Positions 51,431-63,454 of a stretch of DNA of 64,000 nucleotides are shown here, one piece after another (position 1 is the stretch's first letter; each line of letters opens with the position of its first letter). Made by a program: the position numbers and the translations under genes. This DNA comes from Bugula neritina (lineage: Eukaryota; Animalia; Bryozoa): NCBI GenBank assembly GCA_964035545.1, contig OZ037768.1:18521700-18585699 (forward strand). The letters are read 5' to 3'. A model generated the notes under the pieces. It was not told where the DNA came from. It made no database searches and saw only the letters and a list, made by a program, of their open reading frames with translations.

Positions 51431-53098
51431 GTAGATAACTCTACAGTACAGAAAAATGTACATTCCAAGGCATTACAATAACATCCAGCTTGGTATAGTA
51501 TAATCATTCCTGTCCTTTTACAGTAGAGAATTTTAGGCCATAAATTTGTATGTATGTGAAATCTGACTGAAGCATATTTACCCAGGTGTTTAACAGCTGC
51601 TGTAATATGAGACTATAAACATTTTTATCGGAAATTTTCATCTTGTGAACTCTGTACTTATGGAAAACTCAAATGAAATTGCCGAAAAAGAATTAAGTAT
51701 GTAAATATTTGGGTTTTTCATTAAAACAGACCTAAGGCATTAATATTACTATCAATAGCATTTTGTAAACACAACCATAACACATGACCCTTAAAATGTT
51801 GATCATAATGTAAAACTGCTAACTGTATCGCCATTTGCATTCTTCAATTATGTGCATGTATAACTATTTTCCCCTCTAAGAAACTTTCAACACTGCAGTA
51901 TAGAATAAAATCTTTATTTTGTAAAATTCTGTGTTTCATCATAATTGTAGGATCCAAACTGATACAGAACATTTTTAAAACATAAATTCTATTTTTAGAA
52001 TATTAAAGCTGATTAGGTTACTGTAAAACTTGAAATCTAACAATGAGCAATTTTAAAATCTTTAAAAAGTTTTCGTCCAACAGTAAAACATGCATTAAAA
52101 ATACAAAGCATTTAATAGCTATTGAAAAATAAAAATTTTGCTTCAATCTTTTTTATAACATCTTTTGGTACAAATCCATAATATTCGGTGCTTTCTTTTC
52201 TTAGTAAAGTATTTGAAGCAAATTAATGAATTATTCTATAATAGTTTGTATATAGGTACACAAACCACGCTTTGCTGCAGTTATATCAAATAATATATTG
52301 ACAATTATTATGCTTATGTTATTTTTTTATTCATCACAGTAATCTCAAACTAATAAGTTACAAATAAACATATACAAGGTGTTTGTGAATTTGGTGGAGA
52401 ATAGATTAGAAAGCTTATAATTAAGAGAGAATAATTTGAAAGGATGGATTTTTATAAATTTGCTCTCTTTTGATAGAAACTTTAGTGCTATATAGTGCTC
52501 ACAAGTTTATTAAAAAACATAAGTAAAACACAAACAATATAATATCTGTAGATGAGTGGCAGAATACTTTTTAAGAGTTGAACGTCGACTGGCTTATTGG
52601 GCAAAACAAGAAATTGTTCAACAAAGCGTTATTACATTGAAGAGAGGTTATAGATTTGATGCTTTGTGCAATTTTTATTTAATTTAAGTAGTTTTAAGAA
52701 GTAAGTAAAGTGTGATTTCAAAATTTTAGTAATGATCAGCTAGTTAAAAACAAAATACACTCAATTACACAGCAGCTAAAGTCATGCAAGCATAAGTATT
52801 ATACTATTCAATGCACATCAAACTATAATTAGTAGTATTGATGAAAAAAATAAATGCAATATTTGTGTTCTGCTTGTTTTATATCACAGGCTACAAAATC
52901 TGAAGTTAAAACAAAACTAGATTTACAGGTTTTCTAAAAATAAAGCAAAAAGATGTTGTAAGAAAATAAACAACACAACCTAGAAGGGTGCCCAAAAATA
53001 ATATGTATTCTTCATAATATTATAATGCCACATGTATATGTGTATAAATGTTACAGACATATGCATACAGTACAGTGTTTCTGGTTGTTTAAGTATCT

Positions 53099-53589
53099 TT
53101 ATTTATCAAACTGCAGATCATCTTCTTCCTTGTTGCTCTCTGAAACAAGAGGATTTCGATCAGGCTGAACTTTGCCATCAATAAAACACTCTTCACCTGC
53201 AGTAACCAGGTAGCTCAAATAATGCTTTAAAATACAACATTGTATAAATCACATCAATCCTTTTCCTGTTTAAAATGCTGGCATAAAAATATAATTTAGT
53301 ATTATAGTGAGCATATAGTTTCACACAAGTGAAAACACTGAAAATCGGTTTTTAATATCCCACAAATGTTTACACGTTACACTAGATTACCACCAACCTA
53401 TATGCACTTTTATACAGAGTCTATTAGTAAAGTAGGTGACAATGGAATATTAAAAAAACATGGGAAGATGACTCTAATTATGAATAGTTTTATTTTCATA
53501 AAGAAATAACTGTTTTGAATAAATTAACTTACCAAAAGCAGGATTTGCTCTGTTATTTACTTGACGATTGTTGTTTCCTTCATTATCAC
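53099..53589 (-). CDS. Two terminal exons of an unidentified gene (GDNEGNNNRQVNNRANPAFG-EECFIDGKVQPDRNPLVSESNKEEDDLQFDK*)
   Basis: Exon 53533-53589 (TTGCAG acceptor, GTAAGT donor, phase 1-1) joins exon 53099-53196 (CTGCAG acceptor) in frame to a TAA. Upstream exons were not identified. Confidence 0.55.
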
Positions 53590-55242
53590 CTGCAAGCACA
53601 AAGTCAGTTATGCTCGGCTGATGATGCTTTCAAATATCAATTAATTGATATCCTTGAATGTTTCGAAGGGATCAAAATTTTAGTTTTTATAAGCTGTTTG
53701 CATGAGGAATATTGTATCACATTATATATACATATAATTAAAATACAGTGTATAACTATAATTGCTGACTAGCAACCAAAATATGTGATTGTAAGTACAC
53801 AGGATAGTTAAGGGCATCCTCCACATAAATATGATGAATTTGTAGTCTCAGTTCTTAATTATTATTTCTCTGTGGGTGGTGTGCGTGTTGCCTACTAATC
53901 ATAATATAGCATGAGGTTTAGCCGTGACCAATAAACAGCCACATCTACTAGAGCTGCACCTCTTCGAATTATTATTATTTGTGCAGTCAATGTTGAGTTT
54001 GCTCAGTGTCTGTGGTTAATTATCATCAATTTATCACAGGCTGCATGTATTACAACATGGCATTCTCTTCTCATCAAGTTACAGCTCAATAATAAGCCTA
54101 CTATTTGGTGATTGAAATTATATCAATTTAAATTATTATTTTTTACCCAGTTGGATTACAGAAGCCCTCAATACTTTTTTAATCTCGTTACCTTTTGGGA
54201 AATTGTTTCAGAATGGCTATGTAACAAATAATCTAAATTGTACTCCCTTTTAAACTAAGGTTGAGATCATTGACTATTAGCTTTCTATCCATAGATGCCA
54301 TTGGCATGACTGTAACACTTTCTGTGAGAGAAGGCAGTTCTAGTTCTACATCTTTTTAATCAAAGCAGCAAATAGTGATGATATGACTCATCAAACACAG
54401 TGGCCCTGCTTAGTAAGGTAGCATTGTGAAAAATACCAATATGAGAAATATAGTATGGTTATGAGTTTATGGCTAATTTCTATCCCAAACATACATATAC
54501 AATGCATATTTTAGATTAACGTTTTATTTTGCTATCTATACTACAGATTTTTCAAAGCTGTTTAGTGTAAGGCAGTGTACTATATTATATTTTAAAGAAC
54601 CTTTCTATTGAACGGGGATGCAAGGATGTTTTATGGCCTTGTGACTACATCACTTCATAATCAATTATCTGTTTTAACATTTAACTAGTGTAGTGAAAAT
54701 AATAAATAACATACTGGAGCCACTTGAACCTTGTAAGAAGCTCACTTCAGTGATGGTAGTTTACTTGTTAATTGGTAATTTAACTAGGTTGGTGCGTCTA
54801 CGCACTATAATAGAGGGAATTTAGGAATTTAAGTCATGGGTGCTTAGGTTAAAATATCAAAAATTTTAATTGATATAAAAATAAAAAATGCAAAACTTAA
54901 ACTAATGCTAATCAACAATGCTTATATATAAACTTTCCATTATAAAACTTGTTGCCCAAATTTGGAATTAAACCACAGACATTTGGTTTTTAAGCTGATG
55001 AGCTATGACAGTCACATCAAAACTTCTAAATTCTGCCTTAACCCATTGTGGTCATACAATTAGCTCGGGTGCTGTTTTCGATAGCTACAATTAATATTTG
55101 CTACAGCCAGACCCACACAACCTGTTGTTTTTGTGGTTGCATTACGTAGGAGCAGTTGCTGCTTGGAATTACTAAAATACAAAAATTGCGCCTTTTCTGA
55201 CTCAGTGCAGGGTTATTCAGTTCAGTTACAAACAAGATAGCC

Positions 55243-58200
55243 ATGGGGAAAGATTACAATGAGAATCAGTGTGGATTTTTAGCAACAATTTACTTTATAC
55301 ACCTTAAATCAGGTGCTGAAGTAGAGCATTTCAACAGAGAGTTTAAAGTCACAAAAGGATTAACTGCCAAGGATTATAGTAGAAAAAGAAAGCAAGCTAG
55401 TAGGCATTTCAATAACGCCCTATCCTACGTTAATAATAATAATGAGAAAGAAAAAGATAATTTTGTTTCCTATTTCTCATTTCAAAACTTCAAGAAGCTG
55501 TCAGCAGCAAGTAAACTAAAGCACAACTACAATAATTGCCTAGAATGCGCTGAAAACCATAGACCAATGTGGATAATGAAAAGAAGCAACAAATGCCATC
55601 TAGAGACTCCTGCTAAAACTGCTTTGAATTCTTTAAAAGCTGTATTGGACAAGACACCGACTGAGATAACTGCTACTGTGGTGGATGATTTTGTTAGAAA
55701 TGTAATAAAACCAGTCACAGAAAAATTAAAAGGAACACCCTTCTCAGCAAAGTTATCTATTGGCTCAAAGCGTAAAGCAGTGACAGTTGACGCAGTCCCT
55801 AAGAAGGTTCGCAGAGCCATCATCAAGTCTGCCAATGATGAAATGAATGATGAAACCACTAATAAAGATTTCATATCGCTCTATGCATCTAAGCAATCAC
55901 AATCAGAGTGGGATGTGCAAAGAAAACGATCATTTGGTGAAATGAGGCAAAACAGAAAGAAATCACACACCGGCAGACTAACTGATTATACATTCAATGA
56001 AATAGTTGTAAAATCAGCTTTAAAAGAAAATGAGGACATAAATTGGTCTGCTCTAAGCAAGTCAGCAAACTTGAAAAATGCCAACAATAAAGCTCCTAGA
56101 AACGCAGGCCAGGTAAGACTTAATCAAATTGTAACTACTGCTGCTAATTACTTTTTTGGCAGAGTTACCATTTTTTATTTTAAATATGTTATCTATGCAG
56201 AAAAAGTTTGACAAGATTATCACCATTACTTTATTTCATCTTTGATGGATCTTCCAAAAACATAAATTGCACACACACATAATATATACTGACATATATA
56301 CACACACATAATATTTACTTACATATATACATACATACACACATAATATATATGTCATAGAAGTTGAGCAAAAGTAATATTTGCAAATGTAGTACATCTA
56401 TCATCTATGAAACAGGAGTGTATTGACTTGTTTACCAGGTTATGAAAGAAGTCGCAGAACATGTTTTGAAGCATCCTGTACAAAGAAAGCCAAAAACCCG
56501 AATATCATGGCTAAATTACAAAAATCTCAGTCTAAATATCAAACGAAAAGCTTCTGTAACTAGGCTAAAAATAAAGAAAAAGCGGATGATAGACAACGGA
56601 GAGATTGATGTTGGGAAAGCCATAGTACCAATAGAATACCAGACTGTACAAGTTCAATCAAATGGCACATTGGTAGGTTGATTACTCCTAAAGTCAATAA
56701 CTGAGCTTTTCAGCACACTTGTACTATGTTACAGTAAGTATAAAGGACTGATAATATCATTTCTTACTTTATCTAGTTATTATTTAAAGTATTTGGTATA
56801 TCATTCTTTAATTTTGCAGGTCAAATCTAAAAAAGAGGTATCTGGTAGAAAGTTCTCTCTTCTAAACATACGGAGAGATCATCTCGCCAGAATGGAAAAG
56901 CTGAAGATTTTAAGATCTGCAGCTGACATAGAAAAGATGTCTGTAGTAGATTCACTAGCTTTCCTGGAGAGAAATGGTAGGATTTGAATTAAGTATATCC
57001 AGAGGCTCATTTGTCTTTAAAACTTGTTCTACAAATAAATGATACTGATTTTCTTAACATAATGAACAACATTCTATGACTTTTGAGATTTATGAGCTAC
57101 ATAAATCAAAACTAGCGCTGCAATAGCTATAGAAAACTTTATTTGAACAAAAAAAGATATTTACAGCTAAAATGCTTGCAATGTGGAGCAAGGCTTATCT
57201 CAATATATCCATGCCTTGTGGAAATCAAAGAAGCCTCAAAATTTCTGTCATCTTTTTAGAGATAAGCTTTTTTAGACTAAGACCAAGTAAATATAGTCAA
57301 TATTCCAAAGGCCCATTGCTCCGAAGGTGCATTATTCCGAAGGTGCATTAGTCTGAAAATTGGTAGATATAGTATTAAATCACTGAGAATATCATAAATT
57401 TTACTCACAATCTTGCTATATTATTGCTAGCTGTGGGTGGCGTGCGTGTGGCCTACAAGTTTGTAATTTTTTAGCCTGAAATTACGCTATGATGCTGCCT
57501 CAATTAAGGGCTCCATCATCTATCAACATTCCATTGTGGCTGCTCCATAAACTTAGTACACAGCAAGCTATTCACTAGCCTGTCAGCTAGCAAGCCTGCA
57601 ATTAGTAATCTATGCATTAGTTTCTCTTCATCTCCAAGTGTTCACTGAAGTATGAAGTGTTGTGCAAGGGTGATATAATAAGTATTTTTATTTCACAGTT
57701 CATGTAAAAATGACAGCTATAGGCAATGAACTCATAATATCCAGTTCAATGGCTATAGCGACTGCAATTCTATTCTAGCTACAGTCAGTCAGCTTATATA
57801 GGCCCTTCACACGTTGACTATTAACTGAAAAACTAAATTAAAAAATATTAAAGGAAGCAAACATTTTGGGTCTACTGTACTGCATTTATGATAAGCTTAG
57901 AAAAAGTTTACCTTGTATTTTATAAAAAATAGTTTGCATTTGAAGTTGGCGTCAAAAAATTATTGGTATTGAATGAAATAGTAAATTTCTGGCTTGGCAG
58001 TTAATTATTTAATATCACATATTTAATCTCTAAAATTATTTGTAAGCTGCTAAACTGCATTATTCTATGCTAGTATTCTTAATATCAGTAAATACGAGCA
58101 TTGGGGACAAAAAATAATAAACATCTTACTCTGAAATTAAATAACCAAAGCTGCACACCAAACCAAACAACCCCACAAGACATGTAGATGAGGGCAACAT

Positions 58201-61200
58201 TATTAGTATATAAGAGTTCAGGCCCGCCAAATAAAACCTCACCTAACCTAAAATTTGAAAACCATGTTGCAGATCTTCCTGTTGCTCAGACTATGTTCAA
58301 TAAATAATTTTAGTTCTAATAATAGTTCTACTAATTTTCGGACTAATGCACCTTCGGAATATTGCCCAGTCCCCCCTAAAACTACCATAAAAAATCAGTC
58401 TGGAATGCGCAATCACATTGAATGCAATTCTTTAAAATAATTACTATTCAATGTTTAGGGATAGTGGTTGGCAGTATGGACAGCCCCAAGGAACGCCTTA
58501 AAGAAGCCTCGCAAAGTAGACATATGGTTTTGTGGCATGACCATTCAGAAATTGCTGGTAAACATTTATTTATTCATGTATTTTTGTACAAAGAAATGTT
58601 AGTTACATAATCAAGCTGTTCACCAATATATCTTATATGTATTTTTTTCAGGTAAAAGCCACTACTTGTTCATGGTATGGTTTTTGTACGACCCATGTAC
58701 ATACTATACAGATGGAGAGTTTTCAAAGATGAACTGCAAAGTAAGCTGATAGAATTATGCAATCTCAATATAGAACACATTTCAATTAGGGTCATCTTAT
58801 TTGAATTAAAGTTGCTACAATAAGCCAAGCTCTCACTACAGTATTACAAGTGTCGTTTAGTCTTTGGTAACAGCAATTACTAATGACTAGGTGTTTTAAA
58901 GAACAAGTGTTGAAATACACCAAAATATTTTGAAACATAAATGTTTACTTTATGCTAATTCAGGAAACACCAGTCAATGTACAATCAGTGGTGGAATCAC
59001 CTTACATCTATCTACTTGCCCAATCGAACTCTTCCGTTAAGGATCAACTTCTTTATGTTCCTACTCGACTAGAAGACCTTAGAGAATTGGAGGAAAAAAT
59101 TAGCTCAAAAGATGGACGAACATTTACTGACAAACTAAGATTTTTTTCTGGTGATAGTCCAGCAAGGCAACTAGAAGCTGGGCAGCAATGTGGAGGTAAG
59201 AGTGATAAACTATAAATTGTTTACACAGGATGAAATACAAGATAGCTTTTGCTACAATAATAACAATACGTGTTTGACTTATTCCATGTATAAATTCCCC
59301 AAAAAGAATACATATTTACAAGAAACTATATTATTTATGATGAAACTTGATAAAAACATGCATATGTATGTTCAGGAATGTTCCCATGTATGTGTGGCAC
59401 CCAAGACATTTACTTCAGTAACACTAGCAAATATAGCCAAGAAGGAGCTTTCTATAGTTCACAAGACCGCCTTCAGCTGCTCCATAAGACAAAAACATGG
59501 GAAGATGGTTTTACTAAAGGGAACCTAGCAGTCTTTCAGACAATGAAGGTATGAAATTAAGCTGAGTTATAAATAAACACTGGTTGGGAGAAACAGGACT
59601 TCCATGTAATACATTTATATATGAGCAGCAATAATTACACTTTTTCAGACTGAAGGGCTCAGGAATGAATTGTTTCACAGAGGGGTTGCCTATTCAAGTG
59701 CAGAGAACATTTCAGGGCTAAGAAGAATTTTGAATGTTAGCCTAAAAGGTCAGAAAATTTAGAATGATAAGTTTAAACTATATGTGGTTACAGCGTTGTC
59801 GGATGAGATACATAGAAAAAATATGGGCTGCATGAAGCCATAGTAACATAGAATAAATCTTCATCCAATCTTAGTTTTGCATCTAGTGAAAGTAGCGATT
59901 CATTGTTATGTATAGACCCACACAAGCTACTGTGGGCGCACACATGTATATATAATCTTTATGAAAAACTTAGTTACGAATATAACTTAAGCCTCACATA
60001 AGTTTCTAAATACCTACTTTACAGGTGTGAAAAGGCCTCCTGCTCTTCTTTGTACTAAGCTGGAATCACAGATCGATATAGGCAGCTACGAAATTTCATC
60101 AATAGAACCATTACATGATCTAAAAAATGTTATCAACAAAATTTTAAAAGAACTACCTAAAGCTGCAAAGAATAAAGAACTCAAGGAAAAATTGACCAAT
60201 CTTGTTTCAGACATTGAAGGTGAGTAGAGATTCTAACTTGCTAGTAGAAATTGCTAACACACATTTTCAATATTGTCTATATCAAAATTAAATAGCCATT
60301 TCAAAAACAATTATAAACCTATACAAACATGAATTATAGCTCAAAATAGAGAAATGAAGGGAACAGAATGCCGGCTTAATTTGGTAAAAGTCACCATCAT
60401 GCTACAAGATTTCCAGCACACTGAAGATGGGAGAGCCATGTACGTTATGCTAGCAGCATTGACAGAGCTGCAAAGTTTGGCATACATGTGTGACACTAAT
60501 AGATGTCCTAGAACAATCCTCAGGGCATATAATCAAAGTTTTCTTTTTGCCATTAAGTGCATGGAACTATTTGAAAACCCAGAAACTTGCACCAAGCGCG
60601 CTATGTTTGGGATGCCCTTCCATTGCCTTTCAGTGCACTTGCCTGAAACATTGAGACTTGTTTCAGGCAGATCATTAGTAGCCGAACACGCTGAAAGGCA
60701 CTTTTATAAACTAAGGTGCGTACTAAAAAATAATACTAGTACAACAGGAATTTATGCAAAGTTTGTCCACTCACTTGAAAATGAATGCAAATAGCTTACT
60801 ATAGGGGTGCTGTAGAAAGAACTCAGATCTATTTAAATTCAGCCCTGATAATATTACTGTGATATATGAAAACAGTATTGTTTTAGGGAACTAACGCTGA
60901 GGTGCTCCAATAGAAAATCGCAAAGTATTATAGCAAGTGCTATGTTTAGAATAGTGGTAGAAAGAAAGGCTGCTGATGATGCCATTACCAGCTACGGCAG
61001 ACAGGAGCACACTATCTCCAATGCATGTAGTGGCCTTAGCCTAGGACATAACACCATATTCTCAAACAAGTAGGTCACTGTCTGATAAGTAAGAATAGTA
61101 GCTACTTTGTTGTGTATGATATTGCTACTAAACACAGGCAAATATGCTACTTAAAAGTCTATCACTATTTTTACACTAGTTTCCTCAAAGCTCATAGGAC

Positions 61201-61795
61201 AGCAACACTTCACCATTTCCGACGAATTGCTGACTTTCTAGAAATTGGAGAAGGAGTTTGGTTCAAGGTACATGATGGGGGAGTAGAGTTCAAGGATGGA
61301 AAAAACTGCCCAGACAACTACAATTCAGGGCCAATATTAACTCATTTCAGGTAAATATCTTAACTACCTATATACCACTATATATCATATATTGTATATA
61401 TCATACAACAAAAGTAGACTGTTTCTTCCTAAAAATTAATCAAAGAAAATAAAATTAATTAAAGAAAATAAGCTTCCACTTGAAGAAAATTAAATGGAAA
61501 TTCTTTACAACTTGAATCTAAATTGCATGTCCTAGCTTGAAAAAAATTGCATACAAAATTTGAACAGCTACTATCTAATTTTTATTAATTCTAAGCAGTT
61601 TGTTTTATTTAACATGTTTGGTAACCACCAGAAATTTTTTTGTTAGATCGAGAAACATGAAAGACATTAACAACATGCTGAAGACAAGCTGGGAGTTTTG
61701 CATCAGAAATAAAAACTCATTAAAAATTCCACTTTTGTGTGACATGCTGACAGATAAGAAGACAGCTGATAAGCAAGGTAAAATATTCTTTTGAA

Positions 61796-61850
<55 letters not shown>

Positions 61851-62791
61851 GTTATTTATATGTTAATTACAAGCAATTTGAAAAATGAGCAATAATTTTC
61901 TTCTGCCTAAAATGTCTATTGATAAAATTTTAACAGTGTCAAGAAAATATGAAGAAATCAAGCCTGCTATAAGCAATGTGTTGAGTAGTTTGGCAAAGGA
62001 CAAGCATAAAGAAGTAGAGAACTCTATTGCTGTTTCTGCATCCAATACCTTGAATGAAACAGATGAGAAGCTTGATGAATCTTCATATGTGTGTGCTGTA
62101 CCATTGTTGACACAATGTAAGTAATTTTAGATGCTGCCTCCCAATTTTAAAATTACTTATCAATTTGAAATACATCAAATACACTAAGAAAAAATTATTT
62201 TAAATTGGCAGGCCAGACAGAGGTACCAAGCATTTTGCCTAAGAAACTTCAACAAAAGAACACAGTTACTGGTATGTTGCTTTAAGTATGGTTATCATAC
62301 ACATATAACATACTTATTTTCAGTAACATAAGTTATAGTCATTTAGATTTAGAAAATAGAACCATGCAGCTACTATAATGACTTCAGGGCAGCCAATGCA
62401 CTCACATGTAATCTGAAATAATTAGAATCACCCTGGTGTTTTACAGCATATATTTCTGCCCACCTTACTTGCAATCAGTTGCTTTTCAATTTTAGATGCT
62501 ATGAGGAGTCTATGGCCTTACAGTAAAACGATTTTAGAAAGCTTTCTTTCAGCTAAACACCGGTTCAAACAACATAACTCTTGCGTTAATAAATTAATGT
62601 TGAAATCTGCAAGCCATAAAGTAAAGCCATATTTCTTGAAATTTGTTAAAATATTAGAGGAAGAAGAAAAAGCAAAAACCATAAGCAAGTTCAGAGATAG
62701 AGGACTGATTTCTATGGAAAGTAACTCAGAAGACAATTGGAAGATTAAAATTATTAATTATTGGTTGAATCAAATTAATGAGTTTCTATAA
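55243..62791 (+). CDS. RAG1/Transib-like DDE transposase-related protein; 16 exons, 1005 aa to an in-frame TGA at 61879 (frame continues to 62791)
   Basis: Exons 55243-56112, 56439-56672, 56820-56976, 58459-58557, 58652-58740, 58964-59195, 59376-59548, 59649-59748, 60025-60219, 60340-60715, 60887-61069, 61180-61350, 61647-61777, 61874-62116, 62212-62271, 62496-62791, all GT-AG and phase-consistent. Motifs colinear with the RAG1 core: [79 protein letters not shown]. Confidence 0.8.
57298..58364. mobile_element. Non-autonomous TIR element inserted in intron 3 of the RAG1-like gene
   Basis: Left TATTCCGAAGGTGCATTAGTCTGAAAATTGGTAGA (with tandem sub-repeats) is the inverse of right TCTACTAATTTTCGGACTAATGCACCTTCGGAATATTG; internal ACCTAACCTA. 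No clear TSD. Confidence 0.8.
61795..61851. repeat. (TA)n(CA)n(TA)n microsatellite
   Basis: Direct dinucleotide run in intron 13 of the RAG1-like gene. Confidence 0.95.
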
Positions 62792-63298
62792 TAAAATTAT
62801 TCGCATCCTTTTTTTCTATTTTTTTTCTAACTTTAAGAAAAATAAACCTAAATGTGAAACCAAATCAATATCAAAAGATGAAACTATTTTTTCTGAAGTG
62901 TAATTCAACATCACTAAACATGTTTGTTCTAGTTCAACATCATTATGATTAATATTATGACATGAGTCTTACAGTTAGTGTTATTGATACTCATACTGAT
63001 ACTCAGTCTCATGTCGATACTCATAGCATTAGCTGATGACTTTTATTAGATACGTCATTGCCAGTAACAAAATGAATACAAATATATAAAAAAATTAATG
63101 AATAATAATTATAATAATAATATACATTATATTAAATTAAAATAATACTAATAGTATTAGTAATAGTAAATAATAAAAAATTATTATTAAAAATTACTAA
63201 TAGTAATATATTACTATTAGTATTAGCCGTAATGCTAATACTAATAACTATAAGATCATCACTATGAATATTATGTGAGTATTTGCTGAAAAATTTAC

Positions 63299-63454
63299 TT
63301 ACCCTGTCCCACAAAAAATACTTTCACTGTTGTATAATTCCAATCTCAGTTTGTCACTTGGAGAGTGAGAATAATATAAACACGCAGACGGTACCCAGCT
63401 ATCGCACTTTGTACACTGTATAGGTCGCGAATAATGAGCCAATGTAATGGATTC
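63299..63454 (-). pseudogene. PHD-finger-like coding fragment, probably degenerate
   Basis: Translates as ESITLAHYSRPIQCTKCDSWVPSACLYYSHSPSDKLRLELYNSESIFCGTG*. It matches the IQCxxCxxWxxxxC...FC pattern but has P at the His position, lacks the last ligand, and has a stop immediately upstream. Confidence 0.45.

Noticed and set aside
54151-54417. Exon-like segments on both strands
   Set aside because: Stops, phase mismatches and no recognisable homology.
55527-55874. 115-aa antisense ORF
   Set aside because: Shadow of RAG1-like exon 1. The same applies to 4821-5057, 5806-6006, 18446-18682 and 62518-62736.
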